Assembly: GCA_001642005.1 (NCBI GenBank)
Contig: LWCA01000179.1
Span: forward strand, 1 to 43,699
Direction of reading: 5' to 3'
Source of the DNA: Intoshia linei
Lineage: Eukaryota > Animalia > Orthonectida
DNA length: 43,699 nucleotides
Part shown: positions 43,366 through 43,699 of the stretch, one piece after another
Numbering within the stretch: position 1 is the first letter of the stretch
How the letters are laid out: each line of letters begins with the position of its first letter
Position numbers and translations under genes: made by a program
Notes under the pieces: model-generated
The model's input: the letters and a program-made list of their open reading frames with translations, nothing else
What the model was told of the DNA's origin: nothing
Database searches by the model: none

Positions 43366-43699
43366 TCAACCAATATTTCGATTAAAACCAAAAATTGAAA
43401 ATGTAAATATTGATATTACAATTTAAAAAAAATGTGCATTGTACGTCTACACATTTCCAATAAAGACATATGGGTAAAAATCTAGTAATTCATTCCTTCG
43501 GAATTTTTTTGATTGCTACGCAATTTTTAAATTTCAATTTTCATTTTCAAAACATTTTTATTAAAACATTCAAAATTAAATAAGAAACTAAACAACGAAA
43601 ATAAAAAAACTTTGTTAATATCATTTTTATATTACAATCTTTTGAAATAATGGTAAAATTCGACTGAAATGTTTATAAAGTGAAGATTCAGTTAATTAT
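43366..43699 (+). repeat. Dispersed repeat, partial copy of the interior of the 27716-29315 element
   Basis: ~43366-43475 matches ~28461-28585 and ~43620-43699 matches ~28870-28948 (e.g. TCATTTTTATATTACAATC..ATAATGGTAAAATTC..TTTATAAAGTGAAGATTCA); runs off the window. Confidence 0.8.

Overview
Very AT-rich, gene-dense eukaryotic (animal-like) genomic DNA with GT-AG spliceosomal introns; not prokaryotic, and no CRISPR, rRNA or tRNA seen. Manual splicing with phase-consistent junctions gives 13 complete protein-coding gene models, most largely hidden from the ORF track: an orphan 9-exon gene, PGGT1B, TBC1D20, LSM6, HADHA, CHMP5, SLC30A9/ZnT9, TMCO1, a divergent CCDC124/Lso2, an intronless orphan 7TM protein, SSR3/TRAP-gamma, CHD3/4/5 (Mi-2) and MDH2, plus a possible terminal exon at the left edge. 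Intron sizes are bimodal: many are 33-47 bp, and most long ones contain hAT (Buster-type, nnnTAnnn TSD) MITEs or a dead Tc1. Three convergent gene pairs have stop codons only 23-61 bp apart, and two divergent pairs have ATGs 123-152 bp apart. This style suggests a compact parasitic metazoan such as the orthonectid Intoshia (inference only). The most notable items are the orphan 7TM gene, a palindromic MITE with a hAT element inserted at its hairpin apex, a Tc1 transposase with a relic intron, a motif-eroded CCDC124, and possible polycistronic or read-through organisation at PGGT1B-orphan. No clearly new multi-gene system could be demonstrated. Homology calls come from recalled protein sequences, not database searches.
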